A DNA stretch of 64,000 bases from Octopus sinensis (GCF_006345805.1 NC_043010.1:38688001-38752000); one strand, 5' to 3'. Numbered from the stretch's first letter, positions 40,204-54,155 are shown. Numbers and translations are program-made. Notes: a model not told the origin generated them from the letters alone.

Positions 40204-40595
40204 TGGGATGGAAGCACTCCGTCGGTTACGACGATGAGGGTTCCGGTTGATCCGAATCAACGGAACAGCCTGCTCGTGAAATTAACGTGTAAGTGGCTGA
40301 ACACTCCACAGACACGTGCACCCTTAACGTAGTTCTCAGGGATATTCAGCGTGACACAGAGAGTGACAAGGCCGGCCCTTTGAAATACAGGTACAACAGA
40401 AACAGGAAATAAGAGTGAGAGAAAGTTGTGGTGAAAGAGTACAGCAGGGATCACCACCATCCCCTGCCGGAGCCTCGTGGGGCTTTTAGGTGTTTTCGCT
40501 CATTAAACACTCACAACGCCCGGTCTGGGAATCGAAACCGCGATCCTATGACCGCGAGTCCGCTGCCCTAACCACTGGGCCATTGCGCCTCCACG
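40204..40595 (-). mobile_element. Full-length SINE family C with 9 bp TSD
   Basis: Minus-strand head GGCGCAATGGCCCAGTGGTTAGGGCAGCGG..GGTTTCGATTCCC. CTGAACTAA is duplicated at 40195-40203 and 40596-40604. Confidence 0.9.
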
Positions 40596-40724
40596 CTGAA
40601 CTAAATATTCTCTTTGACAACACCTAAGCTAGAATTCATCTATTTAATAAATACCTTCCTCCTCCATTTTACCAAAAACCTTAACGCCTGACCTCCCACC
40701 CCGGTCCGACACTTACGAAGATTA

Positions 40725-40900
40725 TTCTTTTCTACTCTAGGCACAAGGCCCGAAATTTTGGGGGAGGGGCCAGTAGATAAGATTGACTCCAGTACGCAAC
40801 TGGTACTTAATTTATCCACCCCGAAATGATGAATGGCAAGGTCGACCTCGGCGGAATTTGAACTCAGAACGTAGTGACAGACGAAATACCTATTTCTTTA
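40725..40900 (-). mobile_element. SINE A terminal unit
   Basis: Core plus short tail. Confidence 0.8.
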
Positions 40901-40940
40901 CTAGCCACATATCTGCATAAGTGTGGGTATTATATATACC

Positions 40941-41007
<67 letters not shown>

Positions 41008-41479
41008 CGTTGATAATACACACACACACACACATGCACGCACGTACAGACACACACACATACACACATGCAGGCTCGCACAGACATACACACACATTAG
41101 TTCAATTTAGAGCTAACCAATAAAAAGTAGGTGTTGCTACATTATGTATGAACATATAGTGACTAATACACAGCATTAAGTTGAGTAATCTTCACAGAGT
41201 TCCCTGAAGAATATAACGTTTAAAGATCAGAAATAGTCGTAATAACGTCAATATACCTCTCGACATGTGTTGTCATATAATGAAATTGATAGGCGAAACA
41301 TAAATACTATTTAAAAAATGTCATTTCTGCAGTTTTAAAGCAAATATTTTACTTGCGCGAAAGCAAGCAGCTGGACATCAGTCAAACTGCGAAAAGTATT
41401 TGCTTTAAGGCTGCGAGCTGGCAGAAACGTTAGCACGCTGGGCGCAATGCTTAGTGACATTTCGTCTGTCGTTTGGCAA

Positions 41480-42037
41480 TGTTACAGGGGCGCCTTGCTC
41501 GTTTGGGATAAACTCGCAAGACATGGAAAGTCTCACTCTCCGACCTGTCCATGATGCGGTGTGGGTGGGAGGTATGGGTAGATAGGAAAACCGTCCCTCA
41601 CGCTATTGGCCAGTTCCTGAACACCTGTTGTTCGGCGAAGGAAGAGTACAGCTGTCGACTGGGTTAATTATAAATTAACAATACGAACTGGCAATGCAGA
41701 CCAGGTGAAGGTCAAGAGACTGGTTCTTAACCAGCACCTCGAAGCCAAACACATGGGTTGCATTGTCAGGGCTAGACAACGTACAATGGGGAGTGAAGGA
41801 ATCAAGGCTGCAGGATGGGCCCGAGTGGTGGAAGCCCAACATGGCAACGATGCTACAATTCGATCTCTGGCGAACCAACAGGGTAAGTTGACAGACGAGC
41901 CCGAGGAGATGTGTCAAGCTTTTCAGGACCACTTCACCCAGCTTTTTTGGGGGGAGCGGCGGACCGGATGGGGGGAGGGGCCTTACGGACCTCCTCGACG
42001 GGCTGCCGCGCCTCTCGGGGCAGGATGCGAAGTGTAG
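41480..42037 (+). pseudogene. L1/Tx1-like ORF2 linker-region remnant
   Basis: GC-rich island translating to GCIVRAR..EG..ATIRSL..QGKL..EPEEMCQAFQDHFTQLF, typical of the region between EN and RT. Confidence 0.6.
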
Positions 42038-42349
42038 TCACAGGAATTATAAAAATTGATCAACCGGAATTTTTAACAATTGAAGGTAAGAATTGTTTTC
42101 TCACAGTTGTTGCAATAGCAAAAGAGGCAGGCAGAATGGAAGACTAGGGTAAAAGGGATTAAGACGGGTAACTTTATCTTCGGCCACGGGTTAAGATCGT
42201 TTTTCACTTTTCACTTGAAAAGTAAAGTGTGGCTGGAGAAGAGATGCCTATCAGAGAGTGTGTTCAAAAAAATATGGAAGCATGTTGCATGAGTGCTGTG
42301 CGTGCATATATATTTACCAAAATTACATAAAAACATCTCGGTATACTAA

Positions 42350-43118
42350 AGAGTAAATTTATTCAATAAAATCGTCATTGGCTTAAACCACGGCCTCCAA
42401 ATGACTTCGGAAAATCTCCTTGATCTGGAAGGTTTCCTTGTTTAAGTTGGTGAATGCTGCCATAATCCTTGCATTCATTTCATTTTTCGTGTCACACGGA
42501 ATTTTGCATGTCTATCGCTCAACTGCGCCCCACACATAATAATCAAGGGGCTTTCAGTCTGGGGAGCTAGGTGGTCAGATGTTAAACATGATGTTGTCAC
42601 AGGAATTGTCTGACAGCCATGACTGGATTCTGCTGCTTGTGTGGCATGTGCAGAGTCCTGATGCCAGACCTACATTATTCCAGCTGCCACTCTCTTGACC
42701 CAGGGCACCACCACCTCCTCCAGGCACCCGATGTAGGCGTCCGTGATGTGTCTGATGCCGTGTGGGAAGATGAATGAAGGCATAACGTAGCCATCACTAG
42801 TGATAACCCCAAATACCATGATGTTTACTGGATGTTTGATTTTTATCACACGCGGTACCTGTCCTCAGATTGCACTGTCCTGAGGTTGATGCACAGACAC
42901 TGAAATGTTCATAATGGAGCTTCCGGCTCAAATGACAAGTAGTACAGCATATCGTTTCCAAATTTTTGGCAGAGTGAATTGCTTTATGATACTGTTTTTC
43001 TCACAGACGGTGCTCAACCGATCCTGCTATGCTGTATAGTCGACAAAATCAAAAACAAACAATGCGCATGCGTGAAATTATAAATATAAACTGACGACAA
43101 TTTAAACACCGCATCCTG
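42350..43118 (-). mobile_element. Internally deleted Tc1/mariner DD37D (maT) transposon remnant
   Basis: Minus strand gives KHPVNIMVFGVITSDG..WHQDSA.CH..PPSSPD*KPLDYYVW, with 37 residues between the last two D after fixing one frameshift. A TA-CAGGATG end lies at 43118. Confidence 0.8.
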
Positions 43119-43141
43119 TATATACACAGCCATACATATGA

Positions 43142-43181
<40 letters not shown>

Positions 43182-43242
43182 GCATACGTATATATATATG
43201 CATATGCATATATATATGTATGTATATGTATATACACATGTA

Positions 43243-43413
43243 TGTATAATTCCTAAACAAGAATATCATTGACAACTGTACTCTACCAAAGTATAGAGTT
43301 ACCCAGGAGATTAATGTAAAATTGTCATTTTTACAGCTGAGCATAAAAAACTGTCACACGCAGACACACACACATGCGCGCATACACGCATACACACACT
43401 AATACACACATAC

Positions 43414-43480
<67 letters not shown>

Positions 43481-43677
43481 TGAGTGAGAGAGAGAGAGAG
43501 AGAGAGAGAAAGGCGTCAGATCTATAGCCATAAGACATTCACTGTATAGCTAAGACGAAGAAACGCTAAGACAGAAAACCAATGATGTACTTGTAAACAA
43601 ATATACGCACATACATACGGTATATATATCTGTGTATGTGTGTATGTACACACACACACATACACACATATATATAC

Positions 43678-43724
<47 letters not shown>

Positions 43725-43955
43725 TATTTGTATACATATGTATATGCATATTTGTATATATATATATATAATATATATATATATTATATATATATATTTA
43801 AATATATATATTTATAAATATATATATGTATATGTATGTATAATTCTTAAACAAGTATATAATTGACAGTTGCACTCTACAAAAGTATAGAATAACCCAG
43901 TAGATTAATGTAAAATTGTGTTTATTATAACTGAATATAAAAACTGCCACACGCG
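43243..43955. repeat. Duplicated ~120 bp block (43243-43360 and 43846-43955) within microsatellites
   Basis: TGTATAATTC.TAAACAAG..AGATTAATGTAAAATTGT occurs twice. Confidence 0.8.
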
Positions 43956-44575
43956 CACACAAAGACTCACACGCACACATACACAGACACACAAACGCGC
44001 TCACATACGCGCACAGACATATGCAGTGTGTAGTTCACTTGCTGATAGTATGAGCAGAAATGGAATCAAGCTTAGGAGAGTGTTAAATACATGAACACAT
44101 GAATAATATATGAGTTATGTTTGCAATCGTGCAGGTCAGACTCAGATAACGTGGTTACTTCGCAAGAAATGCAGGGATAAATTAGAAAATATTATGAGAA
44201 AAGCATACGAGAAACTCCATTAAGAAAGAGCTAATGGGAAAGTGGTGGATGCCTGAAGTAGTTTATTGCTTAATGCTGAGCCTCTATACGAGAAAAAACT
44301 ATGCTATGTGGGGGTTGTTGAACTGGGACAGATTAAACTGTGTTAAACTGTGTAAGTAATCCGGTTAAGGGGCATATTCCAGCGGGACAACATGTAAAAA
44401 TCTGTTCTCTCGAATATGGAATGTATAATAAATCAATATGCAATACACATATACATACAGATATATATATAGATATATACATAAATATATGTATGTTATG
44501 CATATATATATATGTATATAAATATAAATGTATATATGTATATACACATATGTATATATATATGTATATATATAT

Positions 44576-44643
<68 letters not shown>

Positions 44644-44708
44644 ATATATATAAATATATGTACGTTATGCACGAATATATACGTTTGAATTATATAATCC
44701 GTTATAAA

Positions 44709-44794
44709 AAGTTTACATGTTTTAATACCTGCAAGAATTGCTTTAAAATTATATCGAGGCATATTGTCTTGTATTATAGATGTCATCAGAACTT
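44709..44794 (-). ncRNA. Degenerate hammerhead-like motif
   Basis: Minus strand: AAGTT-CTGATGA-..long insert..-AAAAC-AT-GTA-AACTT. GAAA is mutated. Confidence 0.4.
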
Positions 44795-44812
44795 CAATAA
44801 AAATAGCTGAGT

Positions 44813-46218
44813 GGCAGTTGATTGGAAATTCTTGCTGCTTTTAAGTCTTGTATAAGCATTTGCAGCATAACAGTGAAATACACTTTGGCTGTACATCATT
44901 GTAACAACTTTCATAGATGCCCTCTCGACGTTATGTAGCCATAAGTCTATCGAATTATAGAAACTCTCGTACCTAACAATGAAACAAAGTTCTTTTAAAG
45001 ACAGGTTCCTGTAAATTATATATTAATACTTATATATTAATACCCCAAATATATCTGGTGTCTGGTGACAGATTATTTTGGTGACTATGAAATCGATTTA
45101 TCCTTTCATACGTAGTATACGTACACACACATACACAAACACACATACTTACAAACATACAAACATTTATGTGTTTTTCTGAGATTATAATGATTATACG
45201 GTCTGTTGTAGAACGGTGACATTGGTTCTCAATACAAAGTATTTTATTCAGCTGGAAGCTAGAAGTTCTTTAAGTTTCATAGTTCCAATTGTTCATATTA
45301 TTGCTAAACGGAAGTAGCATAATAATATATTAGCAAAAATGACTGGAAACACAGGTGAACAGGGCATCGACATTTCAACAATTGCCAAAAATATCCGTTA
45401 GGTTACTCTCACATTTTCATCCATTGATTGCTTTTTTTTTTTACAAATCAAGGAATAATGTTACTTATACATTATCCTCCACTACCAAAAGCAAAAACAA
45501 AACAAAAAAAAAACAAAAAACAAAAAGGCAACAACAACAAAGACCCTAAAGCAAAAGAAACGAGAGAGCTTCATGTTTAGAGCACCGTGTGTAAAATATA
45601 GAAGATGAATGAACGGAGCAGCTGTTGTTGATATATTATTGTTGGTAAATATTTAAATATTTTCGAAACATCTGAACACACTCCATAGCTTCTGTAGATA
45701 TTTATATTGGAAATTACATATTAGCAATTTATAGCAATACAAGAATGTGCAACGATTGTATGTAACAATGGAAAACTCTGTAATAATTTATCATTTCAGA
45801 AATCTCCATTCAAATTATTGCTGAAACCTGCAATAGAATGCTATAAAACTCCGAAAAGTAGCGTCATCATCTTATATTATCTGAAATAGCGTGTGGTATG
45901 TAAACTATAAAGGACAAATCGATTTCAGACTCACCAAAATAATCATTCACCAGACACCAGATATATTTGGGGAGTGAAGTATTAATATATAATTTACAGG
46001 AACCTGTCTTTAAAAGAATTTTCAGTGATCCCTATATAAAATTTTGTTTCATTGTCAGGTACAAGGGTTTCTATAATTCGATAGACTTATGGTTATATAA
46101 CGTCGAGAGGGCATGTATGAAAGTTGTTACAATGATGTACAGCCAAAGCGTATTCCATTTTCATGCGGCGAACGCTTGTACAAGACTTAAAAGCAGCACG
46201 AATTTCCAATCAACTGCC
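44813..46218. repeat. Inverted repeat with ~300 bp arms (44813-45106 and 45909-46218) and ~800 bp spacer
   Basis: GGCAGTTGATTGGAAATTC.TGCTGCTTTTAAGTCTTGTA pairs with its reverse complement ending at 46218. Confidence 0.9.
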
Positions 46219-46244
46219 TTGATATAATTTTAGAACAATTGCGA

Positions 46245-46650
46245 ACCCCGTACGCAACTGGTACTTAATTTATCGACCCCGAACAGATGAAAGGCAAAGT
46301 TGACCAGGTCGGAATTTGAACTCAGAACGTAAAGACAGACGACATACCGCTAAGCATTTTACTCGGCGTGCTAAAGTTTCTGCCAGCTCGCCGCCTTTGC
46401 GTGCAAACGATTCTGTCAGCTCCCCGCGTTAAGTACACGTAATACTAAAACTACTGCTAACAAGAACAAGATGACAAGCCCTTCAAGAATAGTTTTCATT
46501 TAGGGAAAAGGCCTAGATTTTTGAGGAAAGGGAGTTAGTCCTTTACATCGACCCCACTGCTTGACTGGCACTTTATTTTATCGAACCCGAACAGATCAAA
46601 GGTAAAGTGAACCTCGGCCGGATTTGAACTCAAGATGCAAAAAGTAGAAA
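46245..46650 (-). mobile_element. SINE A copies
   Basis: Reverse-oriented cores and heads. Confidence 0.75.
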
Positions 46651-46714
46651 GACGTACCACACGGCATATTTTTTTTACTAACATCCGTCCACCATCCTTG
46701 ATAATTGCTTCTTA

Positions 46715-47105
46715 TTTATTCTTTTATTCATTTGTTTCAGTCATTTGACTGTGGCCATGCTGGAGCACCATCTTTAGTCGTGCAAATCGACCCCAAGACT
46801 TATTCTTTGTATGCCTAGTACTTATTCTATCGGTCTCTCAGCCGAACCGCTAAGTGACGGGGACGTAAACGCACCAGCATCGGTCAAACGATGTTGGGGG
46901 AACAAACACAGACACACAAACATATACATACATATATATATACAAAACGGGCTTCTTTCAGTTTCCGTCTACCAAATCCACTCATAAGTCTTTGGTCGGC
47001 CCGAGGCTATAGTAGAAGACACTTTCCCAAGGTACCACGCAGTGGGACTGAACCCGGAACCATGTGGTTGGTAAGCAAGCTCCTTACCAAACAGCCACTC
47101 CTGCG
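46715..47105 (-). mobile_element. SINE family B, full length
   Basis: Match to the other B copies. Confidence 0.88.
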
Positions 47106-48498
47106 TCTATAAGCATATTTAAGCATAATATCAGCATCTTTGAGGAGACGGGTTTAATCGGCTACCTACCCCGTGTACTTTATGGATTCCAGAAGTATGT
47201 AATGCAGCGTTGACCTTAATTTGAACTCAGAATAGAAGGAGCTAGAACAAATAGCGCATAACATCCTGCCTAATTGATTAAGGTGAATGGAATAAGAAGC
47301 CCTATGGATTCAACATGACCACACCTTCTTCTGAACTTCTTCACACCCATTTTGGTCTCATCTCTGTGAACAGCCAATGTTTATATATAATACTTCTAAG
47401 TAGAACATTGTATGGTGGTTAGCAGAAGTAGAAAAAATATAAATAAAAAAAAAGAAAAGAAATAAATTTAAAAAATAAAGAGGTGAGAATTATCATTATT
47501 TATGATAGGTGAATTATGATGGCTTTCTGTATATAGCTTTCTTTCTTTTCCTCTCTTCATCTTGTTTGAAACTAAAAAGCAGAAACAAACAAAAAAATGC
47601 CCCAAAAAGTTGAATAGCAGTAATAACGACAATAATAACATCAAACAAAACAAAACAAAACAAAACAAGAACAGTGAAAAGAGAATCAAAACATTGATTT
47701 ATGTCACATAACAACAACCACTAATCTACTTCCATCCTCTTCCATCTCCTCCTCCTCCTCTGTCGTTCTCTCAGTTTTACCGTGTGTCTGTCTGTCTGCC
47801 TGTCTGTCTGTCTGTCTTTCTGTCTGTCCCTCGGCTCCTTATCGACACATCATTAGTTGATGCTTCAGACTATAACAAGAAACTGGAGCAGGTATTTCAC
47901 ACAAGACTACGCAATTTCTCCTTATTCGTCGCCATCTTAAATCTGAAATAATCATCGTTTTTCTCAGCTTTCCCCCTTTCATTCCTTTCTCATGCTTTCC
48001 TTTCTTGCATTTTGTTTGTTGATTATGCCATTTTATATTTTACTTTATCATTATTCTCCATTTTTATTTATTTATTTATTATTATTTTATTATTATTATT
48101 ATTTTGTTGTTCTTATCCTTTCGTTTCATTTCTCATTTTCTCAAGTAAATCATGTTTTATTTTGCTTTGGATGCCGAAGGTCTTTTTCTTCCACAATGCA
48201 ACCTTCAACCGCCCACTTTCCGTCCTCCCGCTTTCTCTCCTATCAAACCCCACCCACTTTTCATCCACCGTGTGTATCCAACTATCACTTCCTCCTCCTC
48301 ATCATCATCATCTCCCTCTCCTCATCTCCCCCTCCTCATCTCCCTCTCCTCCTCATCTCCCTCTCCTCCTCATCTCCCTCTCCTCCTCCTCATCTCCCTC
48401 TCCTCCTCATTTCCTCTTCCCCCTCCTCTTCCCCCTCCCCTCTCCTCCCTTCTCTCCTCCTCGCTACTACTACTACAACAACAACAACAACAACAACA

Positions 48499-48560
<62 letters not shown>

Positions 48561-48638
48561 ACTACTACTACTACTACTACTAGCCATTTTGTAGTTTCTA
48601 AAATTTAATTTTGTTGTTGTTATTATTATTGTACTGTT

Positions 48639-49925
48639 AAGGCGGTGAGCTGGCAGAGTCGTTAGCATGCCGGGCGAAATGCTTGGCGGTGTTTCGTCTC
48701 CCGTTACGTTCTGAGTTCAAATTCCGCCGAGGTCGATAAATTAAGTACCAGTTGCGTACTGGGGTCGATCTTATCGACTAGCACTGTCCCCCAAAATTTC
48801 GCGCCTTGTGCCTAGAGTAGAAAAGAATGCTTAGCGGTATTTCAGCTGTCTTTATGTTCTGAGTTCAAATTTCACCGAGGTTGACTTTGATTTTCATCCT
48901 TTCGGGGTCGATAAAATTAGTACCAGTTACGCCCTGGGGTCGATGTAATCGACTGAACCCCTTCCCCCAAATTTGAGGTCTTGTGCTTCAAGTAAAAAGG
49001 TTATTATTATTATTGTACTGTTAAGGCGGCGAGCTGGCAAAATCGTTAGCGTACCGGACAAAAAATACATAACGTTATTTCTTTCGATTCATTAACATCC
49101 GGGTTCAAATATTGCTAAGGTCAACTTTGCCTCTGAACCTTCTGTAATCGATAAAATAAAGTAACAATCAAACACAAGAATCGATATAATCGATCTACTT
49201 CATCCCACTATTATTGCTGGTGTTGTGTCAACATTCAAAATTCGGAGCCATTATAATTATTTCTGAGGCGTTATGCTGGCAGAATTGTTAAAGCGTCGGA
49301 TAACTACTTTGCGGTAAATATTTCTTCCGACTCATTACGATCTCAGATCATATTACGCCGAGGTCTACTTTGCCTTTCATCCTTTCGGAGTCGATAAAAT
49401 AAATACCAGATTAATGTTGTAATGGTGTCGATGTAATAGTCTATTTACCTCCCACAAAATTTCAGGCCTTGTACCTATAGTAGAAATGATTATTTTTGGC
49501 TAGCTGGTAGAATCGTTAGCACACCAGGCCACTGCTTAGCGGTATTTCGACCGTCTACATATTCTGAGCTCAAATTACGCCGAGGTCTACTTTGCCTTTC
49601 ATCGTTTCGGGGTCTATAAAATAAATACCAGTTTAATGATGTAATGGTGTCGATGTAATAGTCTATTTCCCTCCCACAAAATTTCAGGCCTTGTACCTAT
49701 AGTAGAAACGATTATTTTTGGCGAGCTGGTAGAATCGTTAGCACACCAGGCTCACTGCTTAGCGGCATTTCGACCGTCTACATATTCTGAGCTCAAATTA
49801 CGCCGAGGTCTACTTTGCCTTTCGTCCTTCCGGAGTCAACAAAATAAATACCAATTGAGTAATGGGGTCGGTGTACTCGTCTATACCCTACCCTAGATTT
49901 CAGGCCTCGTGCCTATAGTAGAAAG
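48639..49925 (+). mobile_element. SINE A array, including a local ~222 bp tandem triplication
   Basis: Several cores. TTACGCCGAGGTCTAC occurs at 49353, 49575 and 49798. Confidence 0.85.
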
Positions 49926-51429
49926 GCTTATTATTGTTGTTGTTGCAGTTATTTTTCCATTGCGCAGTATAGATCTGGCACTGGTTTCGTTCTTCTTGTT
50001 AACTATGAAACCTTAACAGAAAACTTCAGATAGAAAGTATTCTTCTAATAATATGAGCTGATCCATAGAATAGAGATCTATGGAAACTCGCATGCCTGTC
50101 GTAATGTCTAACCATGTAATACGGTAGTGATATTGGAGGGGGGGATTAAACATTATGCTCAAATGGAAACCGGTAAGACATTTTCACTTTTGTTGGCAGG
50201 CAACCCCACTTTCTTGTCAAAAATATTTTGGTCTGAAGGAATCGCAACGCCTATTCAAGACGTGTTTTTGATATCTGGTCTAAGGTGCTCAATTATGCTA
50301 TCTGTACGGATATGAAATTTCTATTGAATCTTTGGCTTACTTACTTCATTTAGAGACTTTTTCAGATATATCTTTGAACCACTAGTCTGACGTGTTATAT
50401 CCAATGCTTTTTTTTTTATACAAAGTAACCAGTACAAATTTAGTCAGATTTTATCCTGCCGTCACTTATATCGTTTCTGAGCTAACATTTTACAATAGTA
50501 ATATTTATATTTAACAACCTGCTACAATAAAAATCAATATTTTCCACTCATTCAAGACACTGGCGCTATTTCTTTTTGTGCAGTAAATTTCTTTAATCAT
50601 TGAATCAATATTTCATTCTTGATCTTAAGCAGCTTCAAACAAATGTTTTGTTTCTTGAAAAAACAAAAAATCCAAAGCTGTATCACGTTTATCTTTGCTT
50701 TTTCTGTTTTAGTTAAATTTGTCGAACATAGATTACTTTTTGTAAGATACATCGTCCACTCCATCTTTCTCAGCTGTCTTCTGTCGAGTTTCTGATTTTG
50801 ACCTTAATGTTGTCAGCCCAGATTCATTCCAATAACGATTCATGATTTTTCACATTCTTAATATCCCTTTCAAAGTATCCGCGTAGTTGCATTTCTTCAT
50901 GCGTTTCCTGTCTTTCAGGAATTAGCCTACTTTTGTAAACATTTTCACCTCGAGTTGAATATCAGCAAGGCATATTTAAGTAGGTCTTCATTTTCTTGTA
51001 AGGTGATGGTTTGCTGATCTCTGCTCCCCATTAATACAATTATAAATACTTACAAACAGTCTCCATACAACCTCACCTTTCATGTATAAACGGCTTATAT
51101 TTGCCACGATTTTTCTCGTTTTCTTTCCGTCTATACCAATTTGTTATTTGTATTTTTCTTCTATTTAGTCTAGATGTAGCAAGAACAGGTGCTCGCCTAA
51201 ATTGTGGTTCCAGTAGCTTCGACAAACAATAGTTTCAAGAGACGAGAAGAATAAAAAGCCTACAATGGAAATATCAGACACAGAAAGAGGTCCAAGCCAG
51301 GCGTTTACACTTACGATTGTTCAATGGAAGGCACACACATAAACGGTGTTAGAAACATTAATTTAATTAAAAATAAAAATAATAAAACAGCAATAACGTC
51401 CTCTCTAACGGCAATATTCCATCTAGCGA

Positions 51430-52185
51430 AGGCGGCGAGCTGGCAGAAACTTTAGCACGCCGGGCGAAATGCTTAGCTGTAATTCGTCTGCCGTTACGTT
51501 CTGAGTTCAAATTCCACCGAGGTCGACTTTGCCTTTCATCCTTTCGGGGTCGATTGAATAAGTACCAGTTACACACTGGGGTCGATATAATCGACTTAAT
51601 CCGTTTGTCTGTCCTTGTTTGTCCTCTCTGTGTTTAGCCCCTTGTGGGTAGTAAAGAAATAAGAAACAGGTATTTCATCTGTCTTTGCGTTCTGAGTTCA
51701 AATTCCGCCGGGGTCAACTTTGCTTTTCATCCTTTCGGGGTCGATAAATTAAGTACCAGTTGCATACTAGTATCGGGGTTGATATAATCGATATACCCCA
51801 CTTCCCCAAAATTTCAGCCCTTGTGCCTTTAATAGCAAGGATTATTATTATTCCGTCAATGTTTCATGCTTTCGTGGTTGATAAAATAAGTACCTGCTGA
51901 AAACTGGGGTTCGATGTAATCGACTCTCCCGGTACAAAAAAAACAAAAAAACATTGCTCGTCTCATCATCATCATTGTTGGCAGGCCGGCAGAATCGTTA
52001 AGCAGGCCGGGCGAAATGTTTAGCGGTATTTCGTCTGTCGCAACGTTCCGGGTTCAAATTTCGCCGAGGTCAACTTTCCCTGCCATCCTTTCGTGGTCGA
52101 TAAATTAAGTAGCAGTCAAGTATTGAGGTCACTGTGTTCGACTATCGCCCTCCCTCAAAATTTCAGTCCTTGTGCCAAAAGAAGA
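51430..52185 (+). mobile_element. SINE A multimer and adjacent copies
   Basis: Head, long unit, short unit and further diverged copies. Confidence 0.85.
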
Positions 52186-52217
52186 AAGGTTTGTTATTAT
52201 TATTTTTATCATCATCA

Positions 52218-52271
<54 letters not shown>

Positions 52272-52289
52272 TTCAATCTTCATCATCAC

Positions 52290-52337
<48 letters not shown>

Positions 52338-52973
52338 TATCCTCCTCCTCCTCCTCCTCCTCCTCATCATCATCATCGTTATTAGTATTATTGTTGTTAT
52401 TGCTTAATTTTTTATTCATTGCATTCGTATGATCATTATTGGGAAGTTTATAGTTTTCTTGTTTCTTTTTTCTTCTGTTTTCCCTCTTTTTTCTTAATTT
52501 TTTTCCTTCCCCTTTTCTATCTGCTGTTGCTATAATTACAATTTATATCAAATTCAGCACGTCAATAAGTACTTCATCATTTCTTTGACATAGCAATAAT
52601 CAATTCCAACTGAACCACCACCAGCGCCGCCACCGCTACTGCCACCGCCACCGCCGTCGTCGCCTCCACCACCACCGCAGTCAACATCACAATTACCACC
52701 ACTAATACCCCCTTCACTACCACCGCCACAACAAAAATAACACCCACCTCCACCGCCGACGCCACCCCTCCACACCACTCCCTTCACCGACTACTTCTTG
52801 GTTAGCAACGTGGCAATAGCGGTTGTATAACATCTTGCAGTTACAAAACAAAGACCAGCAAATAATAATAATATAAAAAAAAGACAACAATAAAAAATAA
52901 TATTAAAAAATCCAAAAAATGTCACATATATAATAATAACAATATCTACTATGTGACTATAATATTACACACA

Positions 52974-53019
<46 letters not shown>

Positions 53020-53070
53020 AATATATATATAAAATAAATATACATATATATATATATAATATATATATAT

Positions 53071-53101
<31 letters not shown>

Positions 53102-53777
53102 ATAAATATATATATATAAATGCATATTGTGTAATATTATGGTTATATAGTGGCTATTTTTATTATACATGCGATACACATATATTGAGAAAGAGAGGAG
53201 GGTGAGGGGGAGAGAATGAGAGATACATGCATATATAAAATACTAAATCATATATGATATTATCGAATGCATCAACATATACATCTTATATGCAATGACA
53301 TAATTGCAAATGACGTATGAAGGAACATTCTCATCGAAGACATACATGATTGTGCTTCACATTTGTTTTAATTTTGTTCTGCCATCTTCTTTCGTTTATT
53401 TTTTTCTTTTCTCTTACTTTAAAATCAATACTCTAGTTAATTTACTTCCAGGAAATTTCTAGTTTGACGCTGCAATAAATTTCAATCCCATGTGACCTGT
53501 TTGTGGGAAGTTTTACTATAAACATAAATTATAATTAATGAAAAGTCAAACAAATACGGTATTTTTTTTTAATGTTATGGCTGCCAAATATTATATATAT
53601 ATATATTATATATATATATATATGCGTATAATAAGGGATGACCACTAAGTGGACATCCAATATGTTAGAAGAAGATTATCTACGATCCAACTACAAAGAA
53701 AAGAATGTTCTCTAGAGAAATTCACCAAATACCAGAACAAAAGCGGGTAAGACAGAGGAAAATATACAAAATACAGA

Positions 53778-53856
53778 ATTAATCGTAGACCGGTTTCGCC
53801 AATTAACGATATTTACTTACGTAATTCTCGTCCGTGGACTCGTCAGTACGATCAAT
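53778..53856 (-). ncRNA. Type-I hammerhead ribozyme, canonical core
   Basis: Minus strand: ATTGATCGTA-CTGACGA-GTCCA..TGGC-GAAAC-CG-GTC-TACGATTAAT. Stem I is 10 bp with one G-U pair and the cleavage triplet is GUC. Confidence 0.8.
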
Positions 53857-54066
53857 ATAATTTATAGAACTATGGACGAGTTGTCCTCATAAAATTAGAT
53901 GTGTGTATAGTTCTACCGATTATATTGGGGTTATTTTCAACGGTCTACGTTCTGGTGCGCTAAATCCCGGAAACAGTTCCGCAGTAGATAATTCACTGCA
54001 GTTAATGTTGCCGGTTAGAGAACATAATTATTTAAAATTTAAATAAATTAAATATTAAAAATTTAA

Positions 54067-54155
<89 letters not shown>

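Noticed and set aside
40520-40595. tRNA gene
   Set aside because: It has A/B boxes but no proper acceptor stem, and it continues into the SINE body.
41182-41245. CTGAAGA..GAAATAGTC hammerhead candidate
   Set aside because: Stems do not pair adequately.
50040-51060. Possible decayed RTE-like LINE on the minus strand
   Set aside because: Only vague motif echoes; a profile search is needed.
52554-52787. Gly-rich ORF
   Set aside because: (CCA)/(CCG) low-complexity tract.
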